Shown here: positions 37,793-47,905 of the stretch, one piece after another
Numbering within the stretch: position 1 is the stretch's first letter
How the letters are laid out: the number at the start of each line of letters is the position of its first letter
Assembly: GCA_028714475.1 (NCBI GenBank)
Contig: JAQTNC010000002.1
Span: forward strand, 14,609 to 78,608
Direction of reading: 5' to 3'
DNA length: 64,000 nucleotides
Source of the DNA: Patescibacteria group bacterium
GTDB lineage: Bacteria; Patescibacteriota; Patescibacteriia; SG8-24
The notes under the pieces: model-generated
The model's input: the letters and a program-made list of their open reading frames with translations, nothing else
Database searches by the model: none
Told to the model about the DNA's origin: nothing
Made by a program: the position numbers and the translations under genes

Positions 37793-39106
37793 ATGACGCG
37801 CACGACCCGCAGCTTCTGGCTGACCTTCATGGTCGCCGCCATGCTGATCTCCGGCCTGGCGCTTTGGCAATGGCGGAATGAACCGATCCCGATGCCGCCC
37901 GCCGCCCCCTTCGCGCCGGTTCGCCCGGCCGTCGTCTCGCCAAATCCGAACGGCGGCATCAATGAAGCGATTCCGCCGACGGCTCCGGAAGCCGTGCCGC
38001 CGCCGACCACGGAAATCCCGACCCCACCGCCGCCGCCCGTTCAGATTCTGCCCATGAACGCCCAGCGACTCGAGCGAGTCGAGTTCAACCCGTTCATCGG
38101 CGACATCTTCCGCGTCGTTTATGACCGATCATCAGAAAATCTCTTCATGACCGTTGTCGAGTCGGATGGCATGCGCGGCGTCTGGAAACTTTCCAAGGAC
38201 CTGCAGATAGAGCGCGTCCTCAAGGGTAACAACAAGGCCGGGGAGGTGTTCCTGGGTCAGACGACAACCGGCGTCCTGATCGCGCAATTCGACAACCCAG
38301 GCAGCATCTACCGTTCCGTTGACCTCGGCCGCACCTGGCAAAAAGTTTCCGGCGACATTGACGGGGCCTTTTGGCAAATAGCCGATGACGGGAAGGGGAC
38401 GGTGTGGGGCGCCTTGCACGCCTACAACAAGGCCATCCTCTACCGCAGCACCGACGATGGGCTGACCTGGGAGCCGTGGCGCGATTTCCAGAAACTGTAT
38501 CCGGAATACGCCACGACTTATGCAGCTGGTGACAACCGCCTGAAGCTCCGTCATCTTCACAGTGTCGCTTACCTGAACGGGCGTCTCTTCGTCGGCACCG
38601 GCGACATGGCGCGCTTCACGTTCATGTCCTCGGACAACGGCGAAACATGGAAAAAAATCTGGGATGAAGGGTTTACCGCCAGTGTCCCGCTCGAAGACCG
38701 CTCCGGCCTTATTCTCGGACCGGACCGCCTGCAGGCGCGCGGCTTGGCCGTCTACAAGCTGTCAGACGGTTCTGCCACCGAAGTCTGGCAACCGCGGCAA
38801 TACGGTTACGCCGGTTACACCTACAGCATGACCGATGTGGGCGGTTCGTATTTCGCGGCCTTCCACAACGAAACCAACGAAACGTCGACCTTCACCGGGC
38901 GCAGCGGCATCATCGTCTCGCCGGACGGGTATCGCTGGTACCCATTCCTGGAATTCGAGAAATTGAACAACTGGGCGCGGACGGACATCTTCATGACGCC
39001 TCTCAACCAGTGGCAAGGTTACGTGACGCTGAACGGCGGCCTGTACCGCTTTGAAGCCCCGATTGGCCGTTGGTACGAGATGCATAAGGCTTTCGGCGAT
39101 AAATAG
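37793..39106 (+). CDS. Membrane-anchored BNR/Asp-box beta-propeller protein
   Basis: N-terminal TM, Pro-rich linker, SxDxGxTW repeats. Confidence 0.85.
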   Translation: MTRTTRSFWLTFMVAAMLISGLALWQWRNEPIPMPPAAPFAPVRPAVVSPNPNGGINEAIPPTAPEAVPPPTTEIPTPPPPPVQILPMNAQRLERVEFNPFIGDIFRVVYDRSSENLFMTVVESDGMRGVWKLSKDLQIERVLKGNNKAGEVFLGQTTTGVLIAQFDNPGSIYRSVDLGRTWQKVSGDIDGAFWQIADDGKGTVWGALHAYNKAILYRSTDDGLTWEPWRDFQKLYPEYATTYAAGDNRLKLRHLHSVAYLNGRLFVGTGDMARFTFMSSDNGETWKKIWDEGFTASVPLEDRSGLILGPDRLQARGLAVYKLSDGSATEVWQPRQYGYAGYTYSMTDVGGSYFAAFHNETNETSTFTGRSGIIVSPDGYRWYPFLEFEKLNNWARTDIFMTPLNQWQGYVTLNGGLYRFEAPIGRWYEMHKAFGDK

Positions 39107-39276
39107 AAAAATCGCGGACTTCCGGGTTTCAAGCCCGGGAGTTTGGCTGGGGCAAATAACGTCCGGGCATGGATTCGGGGCTGTTTATTGCGACCGGTGC
39201 TGTTCGCCGAGCCGAAAGATTTATGGTAAAATATAGATGATAGATGGCGCATTTATGCCGCCACAATGCTGAAGTT

Positions 39277-40011
39277 ATGAAACAGAATCCCGATTACGAT
39301 AAAGCCGTAGAAATCGCCGATGGCGTCTTTTGGGTGGGTTTTTACGACCCGGTCGCCCATTTCCATTGCAACCCGTACCTCATCCTGACCGGCGAGGACG
39401 CGGTTCTGATTGACCCCGGCTCCAATCCGCATTTTCCCACCGTGGCGCGCAAGGTCGCTTCGGTCGTGAAGTTCGATCGCATCCGCTACATCATCATCCA
39501 CCACCAGGATCCGGATCTCGCCAGCAACATCCCGGTCTTCGAGAAGCTCATCAACCGTCCGGATCTGGAGGTCGTCACGACCTTCCGCGCCAGCCTGCTC
39601 ACGAGTTACTACGGCTTCAAGAGTCCGTACCGCCTGGTGGAGAAAGGCCCGCTTGAGGTCGGCGGACGCAAGTTCGACTTCGAGCTCACGCCCTACCTGC
39701 ACGCGCCGGGTGCCTTCACCACCTATGACGGCGAGCGGAAAATCCTGTTCTCGTCCGACATCTTCGGGGCCTTCTCGCGCAACTGGGACCTCTATGCCGC
39801 CGAGAACTACCCGGAACTGATGTTCGAGTTCCACGACTCCTACATGCCGGACCACGGCCTCCTCAAGAACCAGATGGAGCGTTTCGAGCGCTTCAACATC
39901 GATCTTATCGCGCCGCAACACGGCTCGGTCATCCGGAAGGAACTGGTCCAGTCGCAGATTGATGCGCTCAAGAAGGTGCAGGGCGGCGGTTACCTGCGCA
40001 ACCGTCAGTAA
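39277..40011 (+). CDS. Metallo-beta-lactamase-fold di-iron protein (ODP/FprA-N-like)
   Basis: CNPYLI, HHQDPD, YLHAPG, FSSDIFG, IAPQHG; no flavodoxin domain; alternative start 39244. Confidence 0.85.
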   Translation: MKQNPDYDKAVEIADGVFWVGFYDPVAHFHCNPYLILTGEDAVLIDPGSNPHFPTVARKVASVVKFDRIRYIIIHHQDPDLASNIPVFEKLINRPDLEVVTTFRASLLTSYYGFKSPYRLVEKGPLEVGGRKFDFELTPYLHAPGAFTTYDGERKILFSSDIFGAFSRNWDLYAAENYPELMFEFHDSYMPDHGLLKNQMERFERFNIDLIAPQHGSVIRKELVQSQIDALKKVQGGGYLRNRQ

Positions 40012-40015
40012 GAAT

Positions 40016-40867
40016 ATGGAATCGTCGGGCATCGGCTCCGTGTCCTTCAAGACGCTGGAGGAGAAACATTATCAGGAAATCCTACGCGCCTACAGCGACG
40101 CGCAGTATTTCGAGCTGATTGCCCAGTTCATCAGCCACCTTGACGTGTTGCAGCGTGAGCGTGACATCATCCGTTCGCAATACGATTTTGTCCGCATGCT
40201 TTCGCACCAGCTGCGCACGCCTCTCGGCGCCATGATCGGGTCGTTCGACCTGCTGGAGCGGGTCATTCCGGAAGACACGAAACAGCTGTTCAGCGGCATG
40301 CAGGACAAGCTGGACAATCTCAACGAGCTGGTGGACAACCTACTCTATTTCACGGAAGTCGTCGGGAGCGGCGGCGCGACCGAAAAGGTGCGCTTTCGCC
40401 TTTCCGAAGCCGTCGATCGCGCGACGGAAGAGGTTGAGCGCAAGTCCAGACGCAAGGAGGTCAAAGTTTCCTTCAGCCGGCCTGACTTCGACGACACCAT
40501 CGTCGGTGACCGTTACGGACTGACCAAGGCGGTGTCTTACCTGCTTGACAACGCCATTGTCTATAATCGGCAGGGCGGCACCGTTAGCGTTCGCATCTGG
40601 CATTCGGGTAAGACCTTACGCCTGGACGTGGAGGATACCGGCTTTGGCGTCCCGCCTGACGAACAGCCGCGCATCTTCGGCCGGTTTTTTCGCGCCTCAA
40701 ACGCCTCGCTTGGCAAAAACGAGGGCAGCGGTGTAGCCTTGTACCTGGTTCGGACGCTGGTTGAGGCCGCTGGAGGAAGCGTTGGTTTCCGCAGCATCGA
40801 GGGCCAGGGTTCGGAATTCTGGCTGGAATTGCCGGCGGCCGGTGTCGTTGAGGAAGAGTCCGTATAG
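40016..40867 (+). CDS. Soluble histidine kinase
   Basis: SHQLRTPL, DNAIVY, DTGFG, GSGVAL; no TM. Confidence 0.9.
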   Translation: MESSGIGSVSFKTLEEKHYQEILRAYSDAQYFELIAQFISHLDVLQRERDIIRSQYDFVRMLSHQLRTPLGAMIGSFDLLERVIPEDTKQLFSGMQDKLDNLNELVDNLLYFTEVVGSGGATEKVRFRLSEAVDRATEEVERKSRRKEVKVSFSRPDFDDTIVGDRYGLTKAVSYLLDNAIVYNRQGGTVSVRIWHSGKTLRLDVEDTGFGVPPDEQPRIFGRFFRASNASLGKNEGSGVALYLVRTLVEAAGGSVGFRSIEGQGSEFWLELPAAGVVEEESV

Positions 40868-40918
40868 AGCCGCGTGTAGTGAGCTCCCTCCGGGCTTGTG
40901 CCCGGATTTTTGAGAAAC

Positions 40919-40947
40919 GAAACAAATTGTCCGCCATATTCGTATTA
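40919..40947 (+). promoter_or_regulatory. ECF-type promoter (putative autoregulatory)
   Basis: GAAAC-17-CGTATTA upstream of the ECF sigma gene. Confidence 0.6.
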
Positions 40948-40961
40948 ATTCTTGCTGGCCT

Positions 40962-41555
40962 ATGCTGTCAGGAACGGAAATGGAGGGAAAAACCGACGCG
41001 GAACTGGCCGAACTGGTGTCAATTGACCGCGAAGCCTACGGGTTCCTCATGCGGCGCTACGAGGGCCGCCTTTTGGGCTATCTCCGGCGGCTATCCAACA
41101 TCCGACATGAGGATGCGGAAGACATCCTGCAAGAGGTCTTTATCAAGGCTTATCTTAACCTGAACTCGTTTGATCGGCGCCTGAAATTTTCCTCCTGGAT
41201 TTACCGTATAGCCCACAACGAGGCCGTCAGCCATTGGCGCAGGAACAAGAATCGCCCTCAGCCGCTGCTGACCGAAGACGAGGATGCGGCCGCGGAAATG
41301 GCGGCCAAACTGTCCGTTGACCCCGAGTTGGCCGAACAGTTCGATCGCACCCAAACCGCCGAGGCGGTCCGCGCGGCTATCGCGGGCCTGGATGACAAGT
41401 ATCGCGACATCCTGATCCTGCGCTATCTGGAAGAGAAGGACTACGCGGAGATTTCCGACATCCTGTGCAAGCCGATGGGGACGGTGGCGACCTTGCTCAA
41501 TCGCGCCAAGCAGGCCCTGCGTCTCGCCGTGGTGAACAACAAGGCTTTCAAATGA
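40962..41555 (+). CDS. ECF RNA polymerase sigma factor
   Basis: DAEDILQEVFIKAY, FSSWIYRIAHN, EISDIL...GTV...L.RAK. Confidence 0.95.
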   Translation: MLSGTEMEGKTDAELAELVSIDREAYGFLMRRYEGRLLGYLRRLSNIRHEDAEDILQEVFIKAYLNLNSFDRRLKFSSWIYRIAHNEAVSHWRRNKNRPQPLLTEDEDAAAEMAAKLSVDPELAEQFDRTQTAEAVRAAIAGLDDKYRDILILRYLEEKDYAEISDILCKPMGTVATLLNRAKQALRLAVVNNKAFK

Positions 41556-41559
41556 CCAT

Positions 41560-42384
41560 ATGACTGGACTAACCGAAAAGGTGCTGCAGACCATCAGGAA
41601 GCGCGACATCCGGCCGACGCCGCGTTGGCGTTTCCTGATGATCGAGGGCGGTAAAATATTGCTCCTGGCCGCCACGGTCGTCGCGAGCAGTCTCGCGGTC
41701 AGCGCCACGCTTCACCTGTTTACGGATTTCGAATGGGAGGGCGGCGTTTACCGGGCGGATAACTGGCTGAACTATGCCGTTCGCGGCGTTCCTTTCTTCT
41801 GGCTGGCGGTGGTACTGGTGTTTCTCGTCGCGGCGGCCTTGGATTTCTATTCCACAACCGATGGTTACCGTTATCGGCGCTCGTCGGTCGTGGCCGCTTG
41901 CCTGGGCGCGAGCCTGGTCCTCGGCACGGTGATGTATGGGCGCGGCTACGGCGAGGATGTCGATGCGGCGATGGAGCGAAGTTGGGGCGGTTATCGTCGC
42001 GTGGTCTGGAGCCGGACGGACGTCTGGTCGCAGCCGGACGAAGGGCTGTTGGGTGGCGTCGTGGAGAGTGTCCGACCGGAGCCGCCGGAAATGATTGTGC
42101 GTGACTTTGAACGCCGCATCTGGTTGGTTCGTCCGCGGGGATCGACGTGGCCAGAGCCGCATCCGAGGCTCGTTCACAACGCCGTCATTCGCATCATCGG
42201 CGACCGGGAAGACGGCCTTTTCTTCGCGCGAGAAATCCGTCCTTGGGTCGGCCGCCCGCCAAGGATCAACCCCCTCTACGATAATTGCCGCGGCGAACCT
42301 CTCGAAGCGCCGCCTTCCGACGAGGCGAAAGAAAGGCCGTGGCCGCCACGTATCATCAGGTGCGGAGCCGTTCAACAGCCTTAA
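41560..42384 (+). CDS. Three-TM protein, candidate anti-sigma factor
   Basis: Directly downstream of ECF sigma; TM segments plus extracytoplasmic tail. Confidence 0.7.
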   Translation: MTGLTEKVLQTIRKRDIRPTPRWRFLMIEGGKILLLAATVVASSLAVSATLHLFTDFEWEGGVYRADNWLNYAVRGVPFFWLAVVLVFLVAAALDFYSTTDGYRYRRSSVVAACLGASLVLGTVMYGRGYGEDVDAAMERSWGGYRRVVWSRTDVWSQPDEGLLGGVVESVRPEPPEMIVRDFERRIWLVRPRGSTWPEPHPRLVHNAVIRIIGDREDGLFFAREIRPWVGRPPRINPLYDNCRGEPLEAPPSDEAKERPWPPRIIRCGAVQQP

Positions 42385-42414
42385 CGCGCGGCTCAACGCG
42401 GAACCATCAAAAAT

Positions 42415-42723
42415 ATGTCAATTTTGACGAGGGTGGCGTCTCTCGGCATTGCCGTCCCGATGCTCGCGTTCGCGGCCGCACCCACTTGGGCCGTGGACGT
42501 GAATGACGTCGCTGAAGCTGGGGGCTCCCGACGACTTGAATGGCGCGTCTGCCGACAGATGACGTCCGACGAAAGCAACGCTCTCGATAACGCAAATAAC
42601 GGTCTGCTGATGCGATCCGGGAGCGGTTTTTCCCGCGGGTGGCGAAACGGCCGCCCCGGTCAACCCCAGTTTCCGGTTACCCCCACGAATCGTCCCCGAC
42701 CTGCCTCTGAAAGACATCGTTGA
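42415..42723 (+). CDS. Small secreted hypothetical protein
   Basis: Signal-peptide-like N-terminus; hairpin after stop. Confidence 0.45.
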   Translation: MSILTRVASLGIAVPMLAFAAAPTWAVDVNDVAEAGGSRRLEWRVCRQMTSDESNALDNANNGLLMRSGSGFSRGWRNGRPGQPQFPVTPTNRPRPASERHR

Positions 42724-42807
42724 AAACGGCGCCGTGAGGCGCCGTTTTCGGTGAAGATGACGCCTGGCCCGTATTCAGGTAAAATACAGCCGTATCCGCC
42801 GCCAACT

Positions 42808-43767
42808 ATGAAAAAAGACAACATCATTATCGCCGTGATCGGTCTCGGATTCGGATTTTTAGCGCTCACCCAGGTGATTGAGCTTAATCGCTTGAATGAC
42901 GCCTTCTCCGCTACGGAAAACCGCCAGGACATGTTGCAGAAGCAAATCATGTCCTTACGGCAGCATTTGGTCACCGCGGCTGGTGAAAGCGAAGCGCTAG
43001 CCAGCCGAATGGCTGAAGCAGAGCAACGAAACCGCGAGGTCGTCCGCCAGAAATCGCAGGACGAACTGCTCACGGCCGCCGTGGCCATGAACACGCCGGC
43101 GGTCGTTTCCGTGGTCATCTCCAAGGACGTCCCGCAGCTGGAAGTGACATACGTCAACCCCTTCGGCGATGATCCGTTCTTCAAGGATTTCGATTTCCGC
43201 GTGCCGGTTTACCGCCAGAAGGGTTCGACCCTCCAGAAAGTCGGCGCTGGCACCGGCTTCATCGTCTCCAAGGACGGCCTGATCGTGACCAACCGCCACG
43301 TCGTCACTGACCAGACCGCGTCCTACACCGCCTTGCTCTCGGATGGCAGCCAACAAACCGCGCGCGTCCTGTACCGCGACCCGAATAACGACCTGGCCGT
43401 CATAAAGATAGACGGAACAAACCTGCCGACGGTCAGTCTCGGCGATTCCGCGAGTCTGAAGCTCGGCCAAACCGTTTCCGCCATCGGCAACGCGCTCGGC
43501 GAATACGACAACTCCGTTTCGGTCGGCATCATCTCCGGCCTCGACCGCACCATCGAGGCGGGCGGCGGCGGAACCAGCGAACAGCTGAAAGGCGTCATCC
43601 AGACGGACGCCGCCATCAACCCCGGCAATTCCGGCGGCCCGCTCATTGACCTGGATGGCCGCGTCATCGGCGTGAGCGTCGCCACGGTGCTCGGTTCCCA
43701 GAACATCAGCTTTGCGATCCCCGTGAATGACGTCAAACGCATTCTTGATAAGGTCGCCACCCAATAA
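42808..43767 (+). CDS. HtrA/DegP-like trypsin serine protease without PDZ domain
   Basis: TNRHVV, DLAVIKI, QTDAAINPGNSGGPL. Confidence 0.93.
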   Translation: MKKDNIIIAVIGLGFGFLALTQVIELNRLNDAFSATENRQDMLQKQIMSLRQHLVTAAGESEALASRMAEAEQRNREVVRQKSQDELLTAAVAMNTPAVVSVVISKDVPQLEVTYVNPFGDDPFFKDFDFRVPVYRQKGSTLQKVGAGTGFIVSKDGLIVTNRHVVTDQTASYTALLSDGSQQTARVLYRDPNNDLAVIKIDGTNLPTVSLGDSASLKLGQTVSAIGNALGEYDNSVSVGIISGLDRTIEAGGGGTSEQLKGVIQTDAAINPGNSGGPLIDLDGRVIGVSVATVLGSQNISFAIPVNDVKRILDKVATQ

Positions 43768-43770
43768 CCA

Positions 43771-45213
43771 ATGTTTATGCGCAGGGTTCTTCCGATGTTG
43801 CTCGTGTTGGTCTGTGGCGCGGTTGCCGCGGCCTTGCTTTATCGTCTCATCCAGATGCCGGTTGGCGACGGCTCCCAATCCCTGACCGTTCGGCCGCATA
43901 GGCCGGAAAAAACGGAATCGGCGCCGCAGGTCGGCGGCACCGTTGATTTCGTGAGCGGGGCCGTGGAATTCCGCCCGGCCGACGGGGAATGGAAACGCGC
44001 GTCCATCGGCCAAGGACTGCAGGCCGGGGACGCCGTCGAGGTGGTGGGCGATGGGCGGGCCGCCATCCGTTTTGCCGACGGCAATTCCGTGCGGCTCGAT
44101 CGCGACACGCTCGCGGAAATCAGTCAGCTCGAGGACAGCTCGGTCACGGTCGCCGCCGTTAAGGGTCGCGTGTATGCCTATGCCGGCTCGGCCAGACAGT
44201 CCTTGCGCCTGACGACCGGCGTTCAGGAATACCAAGGGGACGGCGACGGAATACACACCTACTTGGCAACCGTTGGCGAAGAGAACAGCGTAGCGGTCTT
44301 TGAGGGAAATGTCGCGGTGAAGGACGTCCTTGGCGCGGAACAGACAGCTTTCGTTGAAGCCGGCAATCAACTCCAAGTCGTCATTTCGGCGGAAAACGGT
44401 CCATCGGGGAAAACCCAGAAGCTGGATCCGAAAAGTTTGAACAAGGACGAGTTCGTTAAATGGAATCTGGAATGGGACAAGGAGATTTCTGCCGCGGACA
44501 GCGTGACGCAACAAAAGGAGGCGCCGGGAACCGCCACCGAGCTGGCCGAAAAGAACTCGTCCGCCAGCGGCAGGGGATTGTTCGCCGATTCAGGCAACGC
44601 GCCACTCACCATCACCCTGTCCGGCAAACCGACGGCGGACGGCGTTTATCTCGCTTGGACCGTGCAGGGCACAAGCCCGCCGAACGGCTTCAAGCTGCTT
44701 AAGAGCCGCGAAGCATACCCTGTCTATCCGGGCAGTGATTTCGTCTACCTTACGAACGGTGATGACCGCGATTACGTGTGGCCGCTCCTTGACGGAGAAA
44801 CGTACCATATTCGCGCCTGCGCCTATCTCGGCGACGGCACCTGCGGGAATTACAGCAACGACGTTTCGGTCACGGCGCCGAAAAAAACCGTTTCGGCCGC
44901 ACCCAAAACGGAAACCGCGGCTGACAGCGGCGTCAAGCGCTTGGCCCTGTCATCGGCCGGCGGACGACTGGTGCGTTGGACCGTTGAAGGTCAGTCGCCC
45001 AGCGGCTTCAAGGTTGTTTGGTCCAAGTCGCCCGGCCCGACCTACCCGACCCGCGACGCCGACCAATACCTGTACTTCGCCGACCCGTTGCGGCGCACGG
45101 CGGAAATCAACGCCTTCAACGGCGCTGGCAAATATTACGTCCGCGTCTGCGAATACCTGGGCGGCACCTGCGGGCTGTATTCAAATGAAATCATCGTTGA
45201 CTTGGGCGATTAG
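43771..45213 (+). CDS. FecR-like domain protein with two C-terminal Ig/FN3-like repeats
   Basis: TM, FecR-like beta domain, duplicated W....S.P.GFK..S....P.YP...Y..R.C.YLG..CG.YSN. Confidence 0.75.
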   Translation: MFMRRVLPMLLVLVCGAVAAALLYRLIQMPVGDGSQSLTVRPHRPEKTESAPQVGGTVDFVSGAVEFRPADGEWKRASIGQGLQAGDAVEVVGDGRAAIRFADGNSVRLDRDTLAEISQLEDSSVTVAAVKGRVYAYAGSARQSLRLTTGVQEYQGDGDGIHTYLATVGEENSVAVFEGNVAVKDVLGAEQTAFVEAGNQLQVVISAENGPSGKTQKLDPKSLNKDEFVKWNLEWDKEISAADSVTQQKEAPGTATELAEKNSSASGRGLFADSGNAPLTITLSGKPTADGVYLAWTVQGTSPPNGFKLLKSREAYPVYPGSDFVYLTNGDDRDYVWPLLDGETYHIRACAYLGDGTCGNYSNDVSVTAPKKTVSAAPKTETAADSGVKRLALSSAGGRLVRWTVEGQSPSGFKVVWSKSPGPTYPTRDADQYLYFADPLRRTAEINAFNGAGKYYVRVCEYLGGTCGLYSNEIIVDLGD

Positions 45214-45254
45214 CGACGCTGTCGTTTCAGCAAGGCAACCTTTATTTAACTGTC

Positions 45255-46229
45255 ATGCCAGCCATCATCCGCACCGACCGCCTGACCAAACGCTTCGGCG
45301 ATTTCACCGCCGTGGACAACCTCTCCTTCGAGGTTCAGGAAGGGGAGATTTTCGGCTTTCTCGGCCCCAACGGCGCGGGCAAATCCACGACCATCGCCAT
45401 CCTCACGACCTTGCTCATGCCGACCTCCGGCACGGCCCGCGTGAACGGCTGGGACGTGACGCGCGATCGCGATGCCGTGCGTCGCGCCATCGGCATCGTC
45501 TTCCAGGACCCGTCGCTCGACGACCGGTTGACGGCCGAGGAGAACCTGCGCTTTCACGCGCGGCTTTACGGCGTACCGGCCAAGGAATACAGCGAGCGAC
45601 TCAAGACCGTCCTCAACCTGGTAGAGCTTTGGGACAGGCGCAACGCCCTGGTCAGGACTTTTTCCGGCGGCATGAAGCGGCGGCTGGAAATCGCCCGCGG
45701 CCTCATTCATTACCCGCGCTTGCTTTTTCTTGACGAGCCGACGCTAGGCCTTGACCCACAGACCCGCGCGAAGCTCTGGGACTACATCCTCGACCTGCGC
45801 CGCCGTCACGCCATGACCATCTTCATGACGACCCACTACATGAATGAGGCGGAATATTGCGACCGCATCGCCATCGTTGACCGCGGCCGCCTGCAGGCCT
45901 TGGATACCCCCACGGAACTCAAGCACCTCGTCGGCGATGACGTCATCAGCCTCGTGCCGACGGACGCGGTCGCCGCTGCCGACGAGATAAAGTCCGCTTT
46001 CGGACTGGAGCCTCACCCGGTCGGTGAAAATCTTGAGGTTCACGTGACGGACGGCGAAGCCTACCTGCCCAAACTGCTCTCCGGACTGAAATCCAACATC
46101 AAATCCGTCACCTTGCGTGAACCGACGATCGAGGACGTCTTCCTGAAGCTGACCGGCCGCGGCCTGCGCGACGCCGACGCCTCGGCTACTGACCGCCTGC
46201 GGGAACACCGCAAGCACCATGGCCATTAA
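45255..46229 (+). CDS. ABC-2 exporter ATP-binding subunit (DrrA-like)
   Basis: GPNGAGKST, FSGGMKRRLE, LDEPT. Confidence 0.95.
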   Translation: MPAIIRTDRLTKRFGDFTAVDNLSFEVQEGEIFGFLGPNGAGKSTTIAILTTLLMPTSGTARVNGWDVTRDRDAVRRAIGIVFQDPSLDDRLTAEENLRFHARLYGVPAKEYSERLKTVLNLVELWDRRNALVRTFSGGMKRRLEIARGLIHYPRLLFLDEPTLGLDPQTRAKLWDYILDLRRRHAMTIFMTTHYMNEAEYCDRIAIVDRGRLQALDTPTELKHLVGDDVISLVPTDAVAAADEIKSAFGLEPHPVGENLEVHVTDGEAYLPKLLSGLKSNIKSVTLREPTIEDVFLKLTGRGLRDADASATDRLREHRKHHGH

Positions 46230-47016
46230 TCCTATGCCGCGAATTTCCGTTATCGCCACCATCGCCGAACGCGAGCTGATCCGCTATTGGCGGGACCGCG
46301 CCCGCATGGTCTCGACGCTCTTCCAGCCGCTCATGTTCTTGTTCGTGTTTGGCGCCGGCCTCCAGCAGACGCTCTCCCGCGGCTCGTTCGGCGTGGACTT
46401 CATCCAGTTCATGTATCCCGGCATCGTGGCCATGAACATCATGGGCACGGCATTCTTCTCGACCATCTCCACCGTCTGGGATCGTGAGTTCGGCTTCCTC
46501 AAGGAAATCCTCGTCGCTCCGGTCTCGCGCACCGACATCGCCGCCGGCAAGATGCTCGGCGCCACCATCGTCGCGACCCTGCAGGGCTTGGTGCTCTTGG
46601 CCATCGCCCCGCTCATCGGCGTGCATCTGCATATCCTCATCGTGCTGCGACTGGCGGTCTTCATGGTCTTGGTCGCCTTCGCCATCTCCGGCCTCGGCCT
46701 GTTCATCGCGTCCGCCGTTCAAACCGTGGAGAATTTCGGCGTCATCATGAACTTCTTCGTCTTCCCGCTGTTCTTCCTCTCCGGCGCCTTCTTTCCGCTC
46801 ACCGCCGTGCCTCAATGGATGTCCATCATCGCTTCCGCCAACCCGTTGGCCTACGGCGTGGACGCCATGCGCCAAATCTTGCTCGCCCCGCAGGTGAACG
46901 CCGACGCGCTCGCCAAGCTCGTCCTGCGCGCGCCGGCCATGGACGCGCTGTTCCTCATGGTGTTCGCCGGCGTTTTCCTGTCCGCCGCCGTGCTGGCGTT
47001 CAATCGGAGGACGTAA
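46219..47016 (+). CDS. ABC-2 exporter permease
   Basis: DREFGFLKEILVAP, FLSGAFFP, NPLAY. Confidence 0.95.
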   Translation: MAINPMPRISVIATIAERELIRYWRDRARMVSTLFQPLMFLFVFGAGLQQTLSRGSFGVDFIQFMYPGIVAMNIMGTAFFSTISTVWDREFGFLKEILVAPVSRTDIAAGKMLGATIVATLQGLVLLAIAPLIGVHLHILIVLRLAVFMVLVAFAISGLGLFIASAVQTVENFGVIMNFFVFPLFFLSGAFFPLTAVPQWMSIIASANPLAYGVDAMRQILLAPQVNADALAKLVLRAPAMDALFLMVFAGVFLSAAVLAFNRRT

Positions 47017-47089
47017 TTATTGAATAGCTGTAATGTCAAGGCATTTTGCCGAGAGGGGCCAAAATGAAGTAAGCTTATGCTGACCTCTG

Positions 47090-47135
47090 ATGAAGACTCC
47101 CCGGGCTGACGCCCGGAGTATTCGGCGGAGGTGAA
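47090..47135. repeat. Short inverted copy of the 20926-21104 element
   Basis: atgaagactccccgggctgacgcccggagtattcggcggaggtgaa. Confidence 0.75.
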
Positions 47136-47145
47136 TTAATGACCT

Positions 47146-47901
47146 ATGGAACAGACCCTCAATAAACCCGCGGCTCCGCCTTCGCACCGGCCGCCAACCC
47201 GACTCATCCTCATCGTCATCGGCGTTGTTGTTGTCATCGCTGCGGTTTTGACGCTAATGCAAACGAAACCCAACGACGTCGCGAGGCCATCATCGGTCAG
47301 CCCGACTGTCACCGAACAGCCCGGCCTCAAGATTCCGACCCAGCCGCAGGTTGAGCCGACGGATTTCGTCTTCGAACGGACCGTCAAGCTCGGCGAACCG
47401 GCCGAAATGCAGATCCGCTTCCGCGACTACTCGACCGTTCCGGCCGACTTCGCTTCCATGGACGAGCTGGAAGGCAAGCTCAAGAGCGTGCCCGGCCTCA
47501 TCACCATGACCGTGAATTCGGTCGAGCCGAAAGCGGCGATCGGCGAAATGGCCGAGGTGGGAAACGCCGTCTATTTTGCCGCCAACTTCAGCGTGAAGGG
47601 CGATGCCAACAACCCGACGGGGAATCTGATTCATCCGGGCAGCCTCGAGGAAATCGGCAAGGACATGTTTCCGCAGATCGTGCTCATCAAGGCCAATGCC
47701 GTCGTCACGATGGATCCTGACGCCAGCCGGCTGTACGCTCGCGCCAAGCAGTTGCCGAACTTTCGACGGGCCACACCGACGATGACCGAGCCCATCAACC
47801 TGACCGCCGTCTGGAAATGGCCGTACGCCAACCACCCGATCCTCGCGCTCGAGTACGTCAACGCTTCGGGCGAAAAAAAATACATCCGCGTGCAGTACTG
47901 A
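47146..47901 (+). CDS. Single-TM hypothetical protein
   Basis: N-terminal TM, 251 aa. Confidence 0.75.
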   Translation: MEQTLNKPAAPPSHRPPTRLILIVIGVVVVIAAVLTLMQTKPNDVARPSSVSPTVTEQPGLKIPTQPQVEPTDFVFERTVKLGEPAEMQIRFRDYSTVPADFASMDELEGKLKSVPGLITMTVNSVEPKAAIGEMAEVGNAVYFAANFSVKGDANNPTGNLIHPGSLEEIGKDMFPQIVLIKANAVVTMDPDASRLYARAKQLPNFRRATPTMTEPINLTAVWKWPYANHPILALEYVNASGEKKYIRVQY

Positions 47902-47905
47902 TAAC

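Noticed and set aside
40889-40910. CCGGGC..GCCCGG hairpin as a mobile-element copy
   Set aside because: Followed by a T-run right after a stop codon; more simply a terminator
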